Positions 42,216-57,175 of a DNA stretch of 64,000 nucleotides are shown in pieces. Source of the DNA: the human T2T-CHM13v2.0 reference genome, Homo sapiens; NCBI RefSeq assembly GCF_009914755.1, contig NC_060929.1. The stretch is one strand, 5' to 3'. Positions within the stretch are counted from its first letter, which is position 1, and each line of letters opens with the position of its first letter. The notes below the pieces were generated by a model. The model searched no databases. It was not told the DNA's origin and saw nothing but the letters and a program-made list of their open reading frames with translations. A program made the position numbers and the translations under genes.

Positions 42216-43559
42216 GCAACTCATTCTTAAACTTTGGTACTTTTGGTACAATTAGTAATAACATGCTTGTAATGAAGCTCATGCTGATGGCAACACATCA
42301 TGGCTAAGAAGCACAGCTAGATCCTGCTAACCGCTGTATCTGAACAACTGACTATAATACAAAGTTTATTGAATATTGCAGTGACCAGGGCTTTTTAATT
42401 CACTTTTTATTAGTTTGACTTGGAAAGGAAAGCATATTTGCAGTAGTAGTCAAGACAGAGAGAGGTCGTTTGAATAAATGGATGTTTTTACATAATATAT
42501 TTAAAAAAGTTTTTAAAAATATGGCTTGTGAATAAAGTTTAGATTGAAAAACTGCTGAACAGGGAATGACCAAACAGAACACCCCTTTTCCTTGCTTCAG
42601 ATGTAGGTTAGAAGACTCTCATTATTTCATTATTTTACTACATGGGAAAGTCTAGAATATAATTGATTAAAAATAGAAGTCTGACTTACTTTTAAAATTT
42701 TAAACTAGAATGGATAGGTAGACCTTGATGTGAAATTTACCCCTTTTAACTTCCCCTATCCTCAAAATGTAATAACAATAAAGTAAGATTATGGTTATTA
42801 GGCAACTAGTAAAACCTGTCTTCCTTCCACACTTGTGGTAGGAAAAAATGCTTGTGTAAAGCAGAATGTATTTCATGTTTAAGCAAACCTCCTTTTTCAA
42901 TTGATAGTGGGTTAAAAGACCTTAACTCTATATTGTGAAGGCAAATATCACAGTGTAAGTAGTACAATTTGCAATTCTGAAATGTGGGGGAGTACTTGTT
43001 ATATAGTTAGGATTAGTGCTATTTAAATTGCAAAACACAATCAGAGACAAACCTCAAAATAATTGTGAAGCACTTTGGTGGTTGGGTGGGGGACGGGTTG
43101 CCATGTCTGTTGATTCCTGGTTACACCCAACTGTGCTGGCTAGGAAATGTTTTAGAAATGTTGCGGATGCTCAACATGGGGATTTGGGGTGGGGGTAAGA
43201 AATGATGTACAGGAAAAAGAAAAAGAAAAGGAAAATAGGGTCCATAGGGTATTGATGGGTTCAGGTTAGGAAGAAGAGTTGTCTCCATCTTTGTGGGAGG
43301 AGCCAAGGCGGAAAGAAAGTCTTCTGACTTTTATTGCTGTTAGCTATTCTAAACCAAGCTAAAGAGTTGTTTTATAGCAGGTAAGCATTAATCTGATGAT
43401 GATGATGGTGATGATGATAGAATCAACTTACTGAATATGCAGCCCCGTAAGTTGAATAGTCTGGATTCTCACAGAAGCCAGTTTGACTCTGAAGTCCATG
43501 CTGTTTCATCTAAATTCAGCTGCTTCACAGTATACTCAGCTGCCTCTCACTTAAAGAGA

Positions 43560-44405
43560 ATGGCATTTTCTTTACAGTAGAATTCCAACTAATAAACATC
43601 AAAGGAATAAGGGAAATAGAAAATCACCATTAGGCAAACACTGCAATAATAACTGAGGCAGGCAAGATCTACCAGTGGATGACAACATTAGTGGGCAAAA
43701 GTTTGAGAGAAATAGGATAATTCATAATACCACAGTAGTCTGCACCCAAATATATTTATTAATTATAAAATATAATTTTTATAATTATATTTGTAATATA
43801 TGCATTTTTACATACATATGTATGTATTTTTGTAATTATATATGTAAATATAATTTTCCACTTGCCAGTGGAGTGGGCAGACATCACTTTATTCCAGTGA
43901 CTAGGATTAACATCACCAGTAATAAGACATATTGACACTGTGTACCCCTTGATATAATTTACTGAGAAGGGCAAGGCACTTCTGTGGTATTCCTGTGCAA
44001 AATTTATAACCGCAATCTAATTGTGAAAAAAAATTACAAACCCAAATTGAGGGATATTTTACAAAACAACCGACCAGTACTCTTCAAAAAACAAAAAAAT
44101 GTGTGAAAGTCATGAACGACAACGAAAAATTTAGGAATTGTTACAGATCGGGGGAGATTAAGAATCATAACAGCTAAATGTAATATGAGATCCTGATTGG
44201 ATCCTGAAACAGAAAAAGGACATTAGTGGAAAACTGGCAAAATTTGTATGAATGTTAATTTTTTTGGATTTTTACCATTGTATTATGGTTATGTAAGATT
44301 TAACATTAGAGGCAGCTGGGTGAAGGATATAAAGGAACTCTATACTATTTTTGCAACTTTTCTGTAAGTATAAACTTATTTCAAAATAAAAAGCTTAAAA
44401 AATTA
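43560..44405 (+). mobile_element. L1MC-like 3' end
   Basis: cagaaaaaggacattagtggaaaactgg...ctatttttgcaacttttctgtaagtataaacttatttcaaaataaaa. Confidence 0.8.
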
Positions 44406-44758
44406 AAGATAATGGTGTAGTTAAATTGAGAGAGGTCAGGGATCTTATTGTATCCTTAGAGAGTCATCTTTGGGCCAAATAAAGGCCATTGTTTTCCGTT
44501 ATTTACTTATCCAGAAACATAGATATTCCTAGAATTTTAAAAATATCTAATCTCTTGGCAATGAATTTCAAATCACACAATTTTGGTTTAGCATTAAACT
44601 GGCAGTTGGATATTTTATTACTTTGGATTCTGCACTGTGGATTTTGGAATTTTTCTAAAGCCTAGGTTATATGAAGACTAAATCACATCTGAAATGGAAA
44701 GAAGCTTTTAAGAACGCTAAACTTGCTTGACCCTGAGCCTGTCCTCGGCAGCAATTAC

Positions 44759-45428
44759 CTGGTCTTTAAAGTCACACTTCTCAGGCAAAAAGCTAGCAAG
44801 AGTCATTCTTTAGTAAGTGTGATTAGCGCCAAAGGATCATGCTTATTGTCCCTGGGCTCACTATCCAAATTACAGCAGTAGGAGCTGTACCAGTAATTTC
44901 TCAGCTCTGAAAACCTCTCACCAAAGATTCAGAGCTATTTCTGGGCACCCACAGGTCCTAAATCATTTTGTAAAGAGAAGTGGCCAAAGAGGAGATGGCT
45001 TGCAGCTGGGATCCACTCCCCATTACTGTCGTAAGGACAATGTTGCTCCAGGGCATTTCAGTCAGGATCCAGTGTCCTTGAGCCAAAATTCACACAGCAC
45101 GTAAAGAACATCCTGGGAAGAGCGGCTTGGAGAAAACTGAAGACTTCAAGGGCTTGTGAAGACTCCGGAAACATCTCCAAGCTTGACAACGTAGATAAGA
45201 GGGGATCTGTTGTCTGCTCAGAGCAGGGGGGAGATGGTTTTCTGACATGCTAAGGCTGGGAACATTTACTAGCAGTGAGTCTTTCTTTGACGTTTTCTTC
45301 TTTCCCGCCTGTACAGCAACTGGCATTGTTAAAGGCTTTGGCTTTAATAGACTATAATTCCAGCTGAATTTGAGCAATGTCAGAGTCATCATTAGAGATA
45401 ATTTTTAGGTACTGTCTTCCAGGGTTCT
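44759..45428 (-). pseudogene. Large pseudo-exon (670 nt, phase 1-0, one frameshift near 44805)
   Basis: tgttttacatctttcctaatcag|AG...GACCAG|gtaatt; NPGRQYLKIISNDDSDIAQIQLEL*SIKAKAFNNASCC...LEMFPESSQALEVFSFLQAALPRMFFTCCVNFGSRTLDPD*NALEQHCPYDSNGEWIPAASHLLFGHFSLQNDLGPVGAQK*L*IFGERFSELRNYWYSSYCCNLDSEPRDNKHDP...-fs-RMTLASFLPEKCDFKDQ. Confidence 0.72.
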
Positions 45429-45736
45429 CTGATTAGGAAAGATGTAAAACATCTCAGCTCCTTGTACCTTCTCTGCCTCTCCCTAGGAGCATGGTGCTGT
45501 ACAAATAGCTCCCTCACTCAGTCCTATTGAGCTCACACTTCCACAAGCCCCAATTCGTTGGATCATCTCTGGGCCTTTAAATCATTTGTAGAAACTCCTG
45601 TGTTGGGGTTTTGAGATGGTATTAATACTCTATTATACAGCCCTATCTGAATGCCTGTGAACAATAAAGGTAAACCTCCCACTAAATCACCAAAATAAAT
45701 ATCAATACAATATGTAAATATATTGACAAACATTAG

Positions 45737-46063
<327 letters not shown>

Positions 46064-46496
46064 TAACTTAATCCTAAACTGCACATCTTTAAAACAATAT
46101 TGGATATGGGCACAATGATTTCTTCCTATGTAACAGTTGAGAAAGCTGGGGCACAGAAAGATAAGGAAATGACCCCTGGGAATTATAACTAGTGAGTGGT
46201 AGAGGCAGGTTGTGAACCCAGGTTCTGTGGTCCAGAGACTTTTCTCTTGGTCACTACCATGTGCTGCCCCTCGGCTATGGCTTTTATTGTGTAACACACA
46301 AGGAAGAATGAGAACAGACAAGACTGTGCCTACTCAGGTGCTCATTACTGTGGAAAAATACAACTTTTTTTGCCTACTTGTTCTCATTTACCTAAAAGTA
46401 TCCATGTATTATGTGGCTTACATATAGAAGCCACAGCCCAGTGAGAATTTAGAATTCAGGACACTGTGGCAAGACAGTGAGCCAAGGTGAGGCTTG

Positions 46497-46890
46497 GCTA
46501 TGGCGTGTGTCATTGTGTGGATGTTTGTTCCCTGCAAATCTCATGTTGAAATGTAATCCCCAATGTCAGAGGTGGGCCCTGGCAGGAGGTGTTTGGGTCA
46601 TGGGGGCGGATCCCTCTTGAATGGCTTAGCACCATTGCCTTGGTGATGAGTGAGTTCTTGCTCTGAGATTGTTGGATCATCTCTGGGCCTTTAAATCATT
46701 AGTAGAAACTCCTGTGTTGGGGTTTTGAGATGGTATTAAATACTCTATCATTTACCAGAGGTCATCTCACTCTGAGTTCATGCAAGATCTGGTTGCTTAA
46801 AAGAGCATGACGTCTCCCCCACTCTCTCTTGCTCCTGCCCTCACTAGATAATATGCTGGTTCTTCATTTGCCTTCTGCAATGATTGAAAG
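46497..46890 (+). mobile_element. MSTB-type MaLR LTR carrying an internal insertion
   Basis: aaatctcatgttgaaatgtaatccccaatg...gggtcatgggggcggatccctc...gccttctgcaatgattgaaagct. Confidence 0.85.
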
Positions 46891-46939
46891 CTGCAAATTC
46901 TGATAGCCAGCCTCCCAGAAAGGTGTTAGGATTCACTTG

Positions 46940-48690
46940 ACATGTATTTATTGAGCATGTATTAGGTGCTGGGCAGTGTTTTTAGGTGTTTGGGATGCCT
47001 TAATGAACAAAAACAGACTCTGTTTTCTGCTGCCATAGAACTTATACTCAAGCAGAAAAAATAAACAATCTGAAAATAAATACATCAATGTATATGTGTA
47101 GTACTATAGAAAAGTAAGAAGTGTTGCCAAGTAAGGAGGATAAGGAATGCTAGGCAAAGAAAGAGAAGGGTTGCAGTTTTAAATGGAGTGGTCAGATTGG
47201 TCTCACTGAGAAGGTTAAACAGTTAAAGGAAGTGAGGTAGTCAGCAATATGAAGAACAACCAGTGAAAAGTCCCGAGGTGGGGGTGTGGCTGGCCTGTTC
47301 CAGGAACATAAAGGCCTGGGTGGCTGCACCACCGGGTCAAATCATGCACAGTCCCAAGGGGCACATTTACACTGAGTCAAATGAGGAGCCACTGCTGGTT
47401 TTGAGCAGAGGAATAACCCTGTTGTATTCTTCCCTTCTCTTCTCTTCTTCTCTATCTCTCTCTCTTTTTTTTTTTTTTTTGAGATGGAGTCTCACTCTGT
47501 TCAGCCCAGGCTGGAGTGCAGTGACGCAATCTCGGCTAACTGCAACCTTCGCCTTCTGGGTTCAAGTGCTTCTCCTGCCTCAGCCTCCTGAGCAGCTGGG
47601 ACTACAGGCACATGCCACCATGCCCAACTAATTTTTGTACTTTTAGTACAGACGAGCTTTCACCATGTTGGCCAGGCTGGTCTCGAACTACTGATATAAA
47701 GTGATCACCCACCTTGGCTTCCCAAAATGCTGGGATTACAGGCATGAGCCATCGCGCCCGGCCATATTTTTCATTTTGAAGTAAAGCTCTGGCTGTTGTG
47801 TTGAGAATAAAAATAGAAACAGAGAAATCTGTTAGGAGGTAATTGCAGTAATCCAGGAGAAAGAAGATGGTGGCTTAGTTCAGGGTTGTAGCAAGCAGCA
47901 GAGGTGGTGAGAAGTGATTAAATTGGGGCAATACTTTGAAGATAAAACTAACAGAATTTCCTGACCCTGTGGATGAGTTATGCGTAAAAGAGGAAGGAGC
48001 AGAGAATAATGCTGAGATTTTTAGCCTGAGCAACTAGAAGGAAGGACTTTATGTCAAGTCAGATGAGAGAGACTGAGTGAAGCAGATTTGGTGGTGGTTG
48101 GGAGATCAGGAGTTCTGTCTTGGAGGTGTTGTTACATGGGAGTTGCTTGTTAGACATCCATGTGTCAGGATGGCTGTTGAATATACAAGTCTGGAGTTCA
48201 GAGGAGAAACTGTGGTCAGAACAATGGTACTGAAAGCCAAGTGTGTTGAGGTCACCAGGTGCTAAAAATGAAGAAGCCAGAGAGATAAGGAAGAACCCAC
48301 AAGAGATTCTCAGGGGGAATGAAGTAAAACCAGGAGGAAACCAGGAGAGGGTTTCCCAAGGAAACCTGGAACCCAAGTGAAGACTGTCAGGAGGAGCAAG
48401 TGATCACCTTGCAAATGCTGTTGAGAGGTCAAGTACGGTGAGAACAGAGAACTGGCCGTGGGGTTTAAGCAAAGGCAGAGGACACCGGTGCCTTTGAAGA
48501 AAGGTATTTTAGCAGCATAGTGAGGGTGAAAACTGACTGAGGGGAGTTTAAAGGAAAATGGGAGGGGAGGAATCGGAGACAGTGGGTATAGATGACTCTT
48601 GGTTGCTGGAAAGAGGATAAAAGAAATGGGTGGTAGTTGCCTGGAGAAACAGGGTCAGGAGAATTTTTTGAGATGGGAAAAACAATAGTA
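46940..48690 (-). mobile_element. L2 LINE, interrupted by an Alu
   Basis: tatttattgagcatgtattaggtgctggg...gagttcagaggaga...aaatgctgttgagaggtcaagt. Confidence 0.8.
47465..47763 (-). mobile_element. Alu (AluS)
   Basis: Reverse Alu dimer with poly-T. Confidence 0.93.
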
Positions 48691-49024
48691 GGTTTAAGTG
48701 ATGTATAGTTCAGGTTCTTTAAATAGCATTATGACATCTTTCTGTGCTAGGGTTAACATAGAAATCCAAAGAATTATGCTTGGGTCATGGAGCTTGAAGG
48801 GGGGTAGGGTGGGAATGAGATGAAAATAATAATGGGAAGAAAAAGAGCTACGTTAAGGTTGAAACTTGTTACATTCTGAGAGTTTGGGAAGAGCTGGTTA
48901 CCAGTCATGTCTAAATCAACCCAAGCATCTTATTGCCAGGCAAGTTTGTTGTCCAGTGCCTGGTATGAAGTTGGCATCAATTTCCAATATCTCCCTCCCC
49001 TGACAGCCTCAAAGGTCCTGCTTA

Positions 49025-49344
<320 letters not shown>

Positions 49345-49678
49345 TCAGTCTCAATCACATGTATAGATTTTGTAACGTAGACTGGTTATTTAAAGTCAGA
49401 GTTCCTTGAGGATAATAATGACAAACATGGCGTAGACGTGGGAATCAGACAAGCTTGCATTCACATTTCAGCTGGGCCATCCTCCTGCTCCATGACCTTG
49501 GGCAAGTCTCTGAGCCTCCATTTTCTTAACTGCATTATGGGGTCAATAATAATGACTACCTCATAAGATCATTATAAGAATTCAAAGATAGAATAAATGT
49601 AAATATAAATTTTGACATGAAACAAATGGTCAGTAAATTAGCAAGAGGAGAAGGGTTTCCTTTCTAAAATATAATTAA

Positions 49679-49790
49679 CTTTATCTCCATTTCTTGGGTT
49701 CATTTTCCCCCAACAGTTCAGAAGCACTTCCGCACACAGACTCTTGACATTTCAGACTCTGTTTCTTTAAGAGATTTATTTATAAGTTGT
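49679..49790 (-). pseudogene. Pseudo-exon (112 nt, phase 2-1, 2-nt GT slippage, donor decayed)
   Basis: Poly-T acceptor (t)n-gattctcag|A; QLINKSLKETESEMSRVC-fs-AEVLLNCWGKMNPRNGDK; donor AAAG|ttaatt. Confidence 0.6.
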
Positions 49791-49918
49791 CTGAGAATCA
49801 AAAAAAAAAAAAAAAAAAAGAACATGGAAAACAAGCCTTTTCTCCCTTGTTTAAGTAGCTGTAAAGTAGACCATATAGATTTTTCTAAAGCTTCCCTGAC
49901 ACCTGGTAAGAGACAAAC

Positions 49919-49967
49919 CTTAGTTATCTCAGCTTCTGAGTATTTTTTCCAAACAGGCCATAAGAGT
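49919..49967 (-). pseudogene. Pseudo-exon (49 nt, phase 1-2)
   Basis: cctcactcag|AC...CTAAG|gtttgt; (D)SYGLFGKNTQKLR*L(R). Confidence 0.55.
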
Positions 49968-50220
49968 CTGAGTGAGGATTTCATGAGAAACCTCCATCCT
50001 CACTACTCCTGGCTATCCTCATGCCTTAACAGCCCAGATTCAATAATGAGCTCATTCTGGATTCTTAGAATACCCGGGTTTAGCAGGTGTCATTTAACTC
50101 AGTTTGTGCAGCTGCTTGTGAGGAAAGATAGGGAAGGGTTGCCATTCCCATTTCATAGAGAAGAAAAGCATGTAGTAGTTGTGGAAGAGCAGAAATATAC
50201 CCATTGTCCTTGGGATTTAC

Positions 50221-50394
50221 CCAGCACACTCTTTAAAGGACTTCATTAAAGAGAAAAACATTCCCCAAATCTGAGTTGTCTCCCCAAGTCTACTATAGTA
50301 TTCATCACTCTTCAATCAGTGAAAAATTTAGGGGAGAGGCAGCTGAGCAGTCGCCTGAAGAATGCTAAAATATCACAAGGAAGTAAAAATTTCA
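50221..50394 (-). pseudogene. Pseudo-exon (174 nt, phase 1-1), RhoGAP-like core
   Basis: attgtcttcatcttatatttccag|TG...CTGG|gtaaat; KFLLPCDILAFFRRLLSCLSPKFFTD*RVMNTIVDLGRQLRFGECFSL**SPLKSVL. Confidence 0.7.
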
Positions 50395-50511
50395 CTGGAA
50401 ATATAAGATGAAGACAATGGTAATTACAAGAACACCTCTTACAGACAGTAATTTACGACTGGAAGATAAATATTATAAAGATGCTTGGGGATGGAGTGAA
50501 TGGGGTAAAAC

Positions 50512-50638
50512 CTTCAAGGGGAATTCTTGTTAACAAAGAGTCTATAAAATGCTGTGTAGGGGAGATGAGTCCAGTTATCTATAGGGCTTCTGAGTTTTGC
50601 TGAGAGAGCTAGGCAAGTCTGGGGCCAGAGCTGAATTG
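50512..50638 (-). pseudogene. Possible pseudo-exon (127 nt, phase 1-1 with one frameshift)
   Basis: ttttattgcctag|CA...GAAG|gtttta; AIQLWPQTCLALSAKLRSPIDNWTHLP-fs-HFIDSLLTRIPLE. Confidence 0.42.
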
Positions 50639-50789
50639 CTAGGCAATAAAACTGAAGCTGTGGATCACTCACTCTTCTTTGTCTTCCCTAAAGTAGTGAG
50701 CAGCCTAGCTTTCTAAATAAGTATTGCTTGTATATGTCAAAAATATTTTTTTGGGTTTCTGCTCAAATGTTGAAGGCAACGAGTGTAGG

Positions 50790-52829
<2,040 letters not shown>

Positions 52830-52830
<1 letters not shown>

Positions 52831-53330
52831 GGGAATCCAAACTAGGAAGATTAGAACACTGGAGTGAATTTATTATGTAGGTTCTGCATGTCACCCTCTC
52901 GCTGTGACCCCAGAAATGTTCAGAGGACTTGTCCTTCACCAAGGCAGTAGGACAGACATTCATTAGGTGTGTCCTGGCATCCTTAAGGAACTTGGTAGAG
53001 GCTTCTTCTGTGTAAGCCAGAATTGAGAGTGTAAATGGCTGCATCAAAGTGGGCTCCCTAAATTCAGTGGGGATGATGGGATACTGGGTTATGTGAGCCA
53101 AGAGGTAGCACTTAATCACCAGAGACTGAGTGGGTGACCATGGTTATGATAATTGGCAGTAGAGCCAAGCAGTAATCAGAATGGCCTGACCTACAGAGCT
53201 CTTTGGTGTTGGCTAATTCATCATGGTGTCATTATGACTGAAATAGATGAGCAGTCTAATAAATGATTCCTTGATTATAAAAGTGGAAAAGTTCTAGGCC
53301 TAATGAATAGAAATCTTACCTGAATTACTG
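52830..53330 (+). mobile_element. ERVL internal (gag-region) fragment
   Basis: gggctccctaaattcagtggggatgatggg...gtagcacttaatcaccagag...ctttggtgttggctaattcatcatggtgtc. Confidence 0.65.
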
Positions 53331-53769
53331 TGATTTTTTTAAAAAGAGAGAGCATCACTTTGAAGGGGCACCAAATTGTTAGCCAACTCACATATCAAAG
53401 TTCAACATTTGATCACTTGGTAGTATCTCTTCTAAGACAATGGGCCCCAGAAGAAGCATGTGTTTTCCACCAGATGGCTGCGTGGCTAGGCTGAAGTCCT
53501 GGTTGCTGGTGGCCTGGCCTGGCCTGGCCTCTGGGCTCACAGGAAAGCTACCGTTCCTCCCCCATGATGGCTATTATAGTTCGATATCTCATGTTCAGGG
53601 CCATTTTACTGAATTGCAGTGGCAGCTATTGGTGCTATTCTATGATTTATGTTCTTTTTGCTTTCATGTAACCCTAATTTATTGTATTTATATATACATT
53701 GTAGTTACATGCGGAATATACAATTTTCCTCAGACTAGTGAGAAAGATCACTCTTTGTCTATTACATTA

Positions 53770-54302
53770 GTGATTCCCCAATGTATGATGCCTCCTGTGG
53801 GTATCCACACACTTCTGTAGTACCCTCTCCTTGGACAGGGGCAGCCCTGTGATTTGCTTTAATCAATAGGATGCAGAAGATGTGATATTTAGTCAATTTC
53901 AGGCCTCAGCCTTACAAAGTCCTAACAGTTTCTGCACATAGGAAATCTAAGTACCCTAAGAGAATTATACTGTGGGGAAGCTCAGTGTAACTACTATATG
54001 AAGAGTCCTCACACAGGAGAATCAATAAACCCGGCTGGCAGCAAGAACCAAGAACCAAGGCCCTGGATCGCTAGCCCCGGCTGAGCTTCTAGCCAACTGC
54101 ACTAGTGCCTAGTCCCCAGTGTGGGTAAGTCATCTTGGAAGTGGATCCTCCAGTCATAGTCAGGCCAACCCACTGATGCTGTGTGGAGCTGAGACAAATT
54201 GTTTTCACCAAGCTCAGCCCAAATAGAAGAATTGTGAATAAATAAATAATATCATTATTTTAAGCCATTAAGTTTTGGGGTTGTTTTTCAGTAACAGATA
54301 AC
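53770..54302 (+). mobile_element. MLT1-type MaLR LTR
   Basis: gccctgtgatttgctttaatcaatagg...tttaagccattaagttttgggg...agtaacagataac. Confidence 0.75.
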
Positions 54303-54344
54303 ATATTCCTATTTTTATTTGTCTATCTGTTGCACCTGGTATCT

Positions 54345-54715
54345 TGATATGGTTTGATTCTGTGTCCCCACCCAAATCTCATCTTGAATTGTAGTTCCCA
54401 TAATCCCCATATGTCATGGGAGGGACCCAGTGGGAGGGAATTGAATCATGGGGATGGTATCCCTCATGCTGTTCTCATGATAATGAGTGAATTCTCACAA
54501 GATCTGATGGTTTTATGGGGGGCTCCCCTTCACTCAGCCCTTTTTCTTCCTGCCACCATGTGAAGAAGGACATGTTTCCTTCACCTTCTGCCATGATTGT
54601 AAGTTTCCTGAGGCCTTTCAGGCCTGCGGAACTGTGAGTCAATTAAACCTCTTTCCTTTATAAATTACCCAGTCTCAGGCAGCTCTCTATAGAAGCATGA
54701 GAATGGACTAATCCA
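54345..54715 (+). mobile_element. THE1 solo LTR
   Basis: tgatatggtttg...ggactaatcca termini; TSD tatct/tacct. Confidence 0.92.
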
Positions 54716-54718
54716 TAC

Positions 54719-54848
54719 CTGGTGTAGCCCTAAATCTCTGCTGAGCTCCACTTTGTCACAAGCTCTGAAAAAATTGCTGCTGTTTTTCCTATTACTCTTT
54801 GCATATTATTCTCTTGCCAGTGATCTTTCTCTTTGCATGTCAGTCCAA
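54719..54848 (-). pseudogene. Pseudo-exon (130 nt, phase 1-1 with one frameshift), putative arginine-finger motif
   Basis: tttccagtatttctttag|TT...CCAG|gtatgg; GLTCKEKDHWQENNMQRVIGKTAAIFSELVTKWSSAEI-fs-(F)RATP. Confidence 0.6.
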
Positions 54849-55362
54849 CTAAAGAAATACTGGAAACTGCTTAGACATGCAGGGGACCATATGCCTAAGG
54901 ATCTACAAATTCACTGGGTAGGATTTTCCAACATTTTTGACCCCAGAGTTACAGTGACCTGTGGCCTTGCTGCCCAGTCCAGCCTGAGGGGTGGGCATGG
55001 CTTTCTTGGCTTTGACTGCTGTCTTGATGTTTCTCTGGTATGCTCTGACTCTTGGGTCTCAGTTTGTTTCAGTTTGTTTCCTTTCCAGCTTCTGGGGAAG
55101 GCCTGGTTATTCCATCACCATACTGTTGTGTGGGAAAGAATAGTTTCCCAGAAAAATATGTTGTTGGAAAGATGTCCCCTTAGGAATAAACAGACTTCTT
55201 CCTCTACGTGCTTTTTAAATAGTCCCTTTCAAAACCTCTCCCCTCTCACAATTGCTAAATAAAAGACAAAAGGGTAGCCTTTACTACACCAAAGTGGCAC
55301 AGCCACAGAGTTCTTGTTCACATTTTAAAATCAGCCAGGCCTACTCTTGTCCCTTTTGTTAC

Positions 55363-55488
55363 CTCCTTCACAGGGCTGTGGGGCCCTGCCTGCCAATGGG
55401 GCCACTTGTCAATGTCCTTATTGCTCTTTCTCTTTTCCCTTGGTGAAGCTCTGACTGGGTGACTTCTGCTCATGAGACCCTCCGCATG
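55363..55488 (-). pseudogene. Pseudo-exon (126 nt, phase 1-1)
   Basis: catcccagccttcag|CA...GGAG|gtaaca; CGGSHEQKSPSQSFTKGKEKEQ*GH*QVAPLAGRAPQPCEG. Confidence 0.45.
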
Positions 55489-56060
55489 CTGAAGGCTGGG
55501 ATGTACCAAGGGAAAGAAGCTTGGCAACTTGGTGTCATTGGAAGAACACCAATTTTGGAACCAGACAGATCTGGATCAGAAGCCTGGCTTTGGCATTTTT
55601 TTTCCTAGCTGCATGACCTTAAGCAAGTTACTTAAACTTTCTTGGGTTTCCTCATCCAAAAACTAGGATATTTAATGCTTACTTTTAGGGTCACCCCAAG
55701 GTTTAAAAGTAAATTATGTTAAGAACTCAGAACTAGAATAGATGCTCAAAAAAAAGGTAGCAATAAGGAAGATGAGGATGATGATTGACTCTAGGGAAAG
55801 AGATAGAGGTCAGAGAGCTCTTAAATGCTCCTTTCTATCAGGCCCATCTCACCAAGGTAGTCAGACAGAAGAGCACTGTGGGAGAAGAAAGAATCCGGAA
55901 TGAAGAACCAAGATACGCCCTGGTTTGCATATCACCTACAAGGTTGCTGTGTTGAGTTGAACAGGTTGTGCACTGCATTGCCCAACTGTACAACAATATG
56001 TGGGCTCTGACTAGCTAGGAATCTGAAATGTTGTGTTGGTAGCTGTATAGAATTAGGAAC

Positions 56061-56449
56061 ACTGGTGTACTAGAGACAGCTCCTACAGACTCACAAGAGC
56101 CAATTGTTAAATTTTCAGGGATTTTGCAAACCAGCTGCCAACATAGCCATTATTAAAAATTAAATTATGTTATATGAATTTATCATCAAATGCTCAAAAC
56201 TCATCACTTACTAATTATTTTACTACATTTTTGTGTTGTCTGTATTCTTGAAGTTATTTACATCTACTATTTGTACCATGGAAGTACATACTACATAATA
56301 ATGTGCTACTGCACATCTCTTCCCAAAGTCATGTTCATTGATACTACAATGGTAACTTAAAATTGGCCATGGTATGAGTATTTACACCACAGAAATTGGT
56401 ATGCTCTACAAATTGGGTCTTTCGGAAAAACTTTTACCAGCACACCACT
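56061..56449. mobile_element. MER63-type hAT DNA transposon
   Basis: Terminal inverted repeats actggtgtactagag / ccagcacaccactg; gagccaattgttaaattttcagg. Confidence 0.75.
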
Positions 56450-56960
56450 GAGTATAGGCAAGGTTGAGACATGCAAACAGTAATGAAAACATTTCACTCT
56501 TCTCTTGCCCACTGCATGTTGATTATATTTAAGCCCATCACTAGCACTAGTAGGGAAAAGAAACTGAGGGAGTGAAAGGCAGTGAGATTTTGCCTCACCC
56601 CATTAGCCTGTGGTGTGAATTGCTCTGCCCTCTCTCTCCTTTTCTGTTTTTTGAGCCCAATGTACCCCATACTGAGAAGCCCACAACCATCAGCTGTGTG
56701 TACTCATTGTAAGCAAAGGAACACTTGGACAATGTGACCTAAAGCCTTGAGTCAAGAACACTGTGTTTGTACCGTAAAGCATACATGAAGGTTGCAGCTC
56801 CCCGTGTGGCTGGTGTCTGAGAATGCTTATATTTCAGCCTAGCACTTGCTTCTTTTGTTTAATTGTCCCTCTCACTCCGGTACAACATCCAAAGGGGACA
56901 GCCAGTCCACTTCAGGACAGTAAATTTAGCTCTTTAGGGGACAGGCAAAATCCAACTTGC

Positions 56961-57175
56961 CTACACCTTAATAAATGACAGTGACCCAATATTGCACAGT
57001 AACACCAAATGCCACTGCTAGTGTAATGCCAGACGATGGCATCAGCCATGACAGCGATGGCTCAAGTAGGCCATGATGGGGAATTCCAAGTTGCTAGCAC
57101 CATTCAGGACCTCAAGGATTGCCGAGTGTTTGAGGAACACACAGAGAAGCATTGACACTAGATGCTATTTCATCC
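56961..57175 (-). pseudogene. Possible first coding pseudo-exon
   Basis: ttgctctag|GG ATG AAA TAG CAT CTA GTG... gives MK*HLVSMLLCVFLKHSAILEVLNGASNLEF; donor GTAG|gcaagt; more decayed, frame uncertain. Confidence 0.3.

Noticed and set aside
45090-45392. 100-aa minus-strand ORF (MMTLTLLKFSW...)
   Set aside because: It overlaps the large pseudo-exon but in a different frame from the one that fits the acceptor phase and reads protein-like through most of the 670 nt; probably a shadow ORF.
54753-55262. Longest ORF in the track (169 aa, + strand, signal-peptide-like start)
   Set aside because: Non-ATG start, no recognisable domain, and its hydrophobic start is the antisense of a purine-rich minus-strand pseudo-exon.
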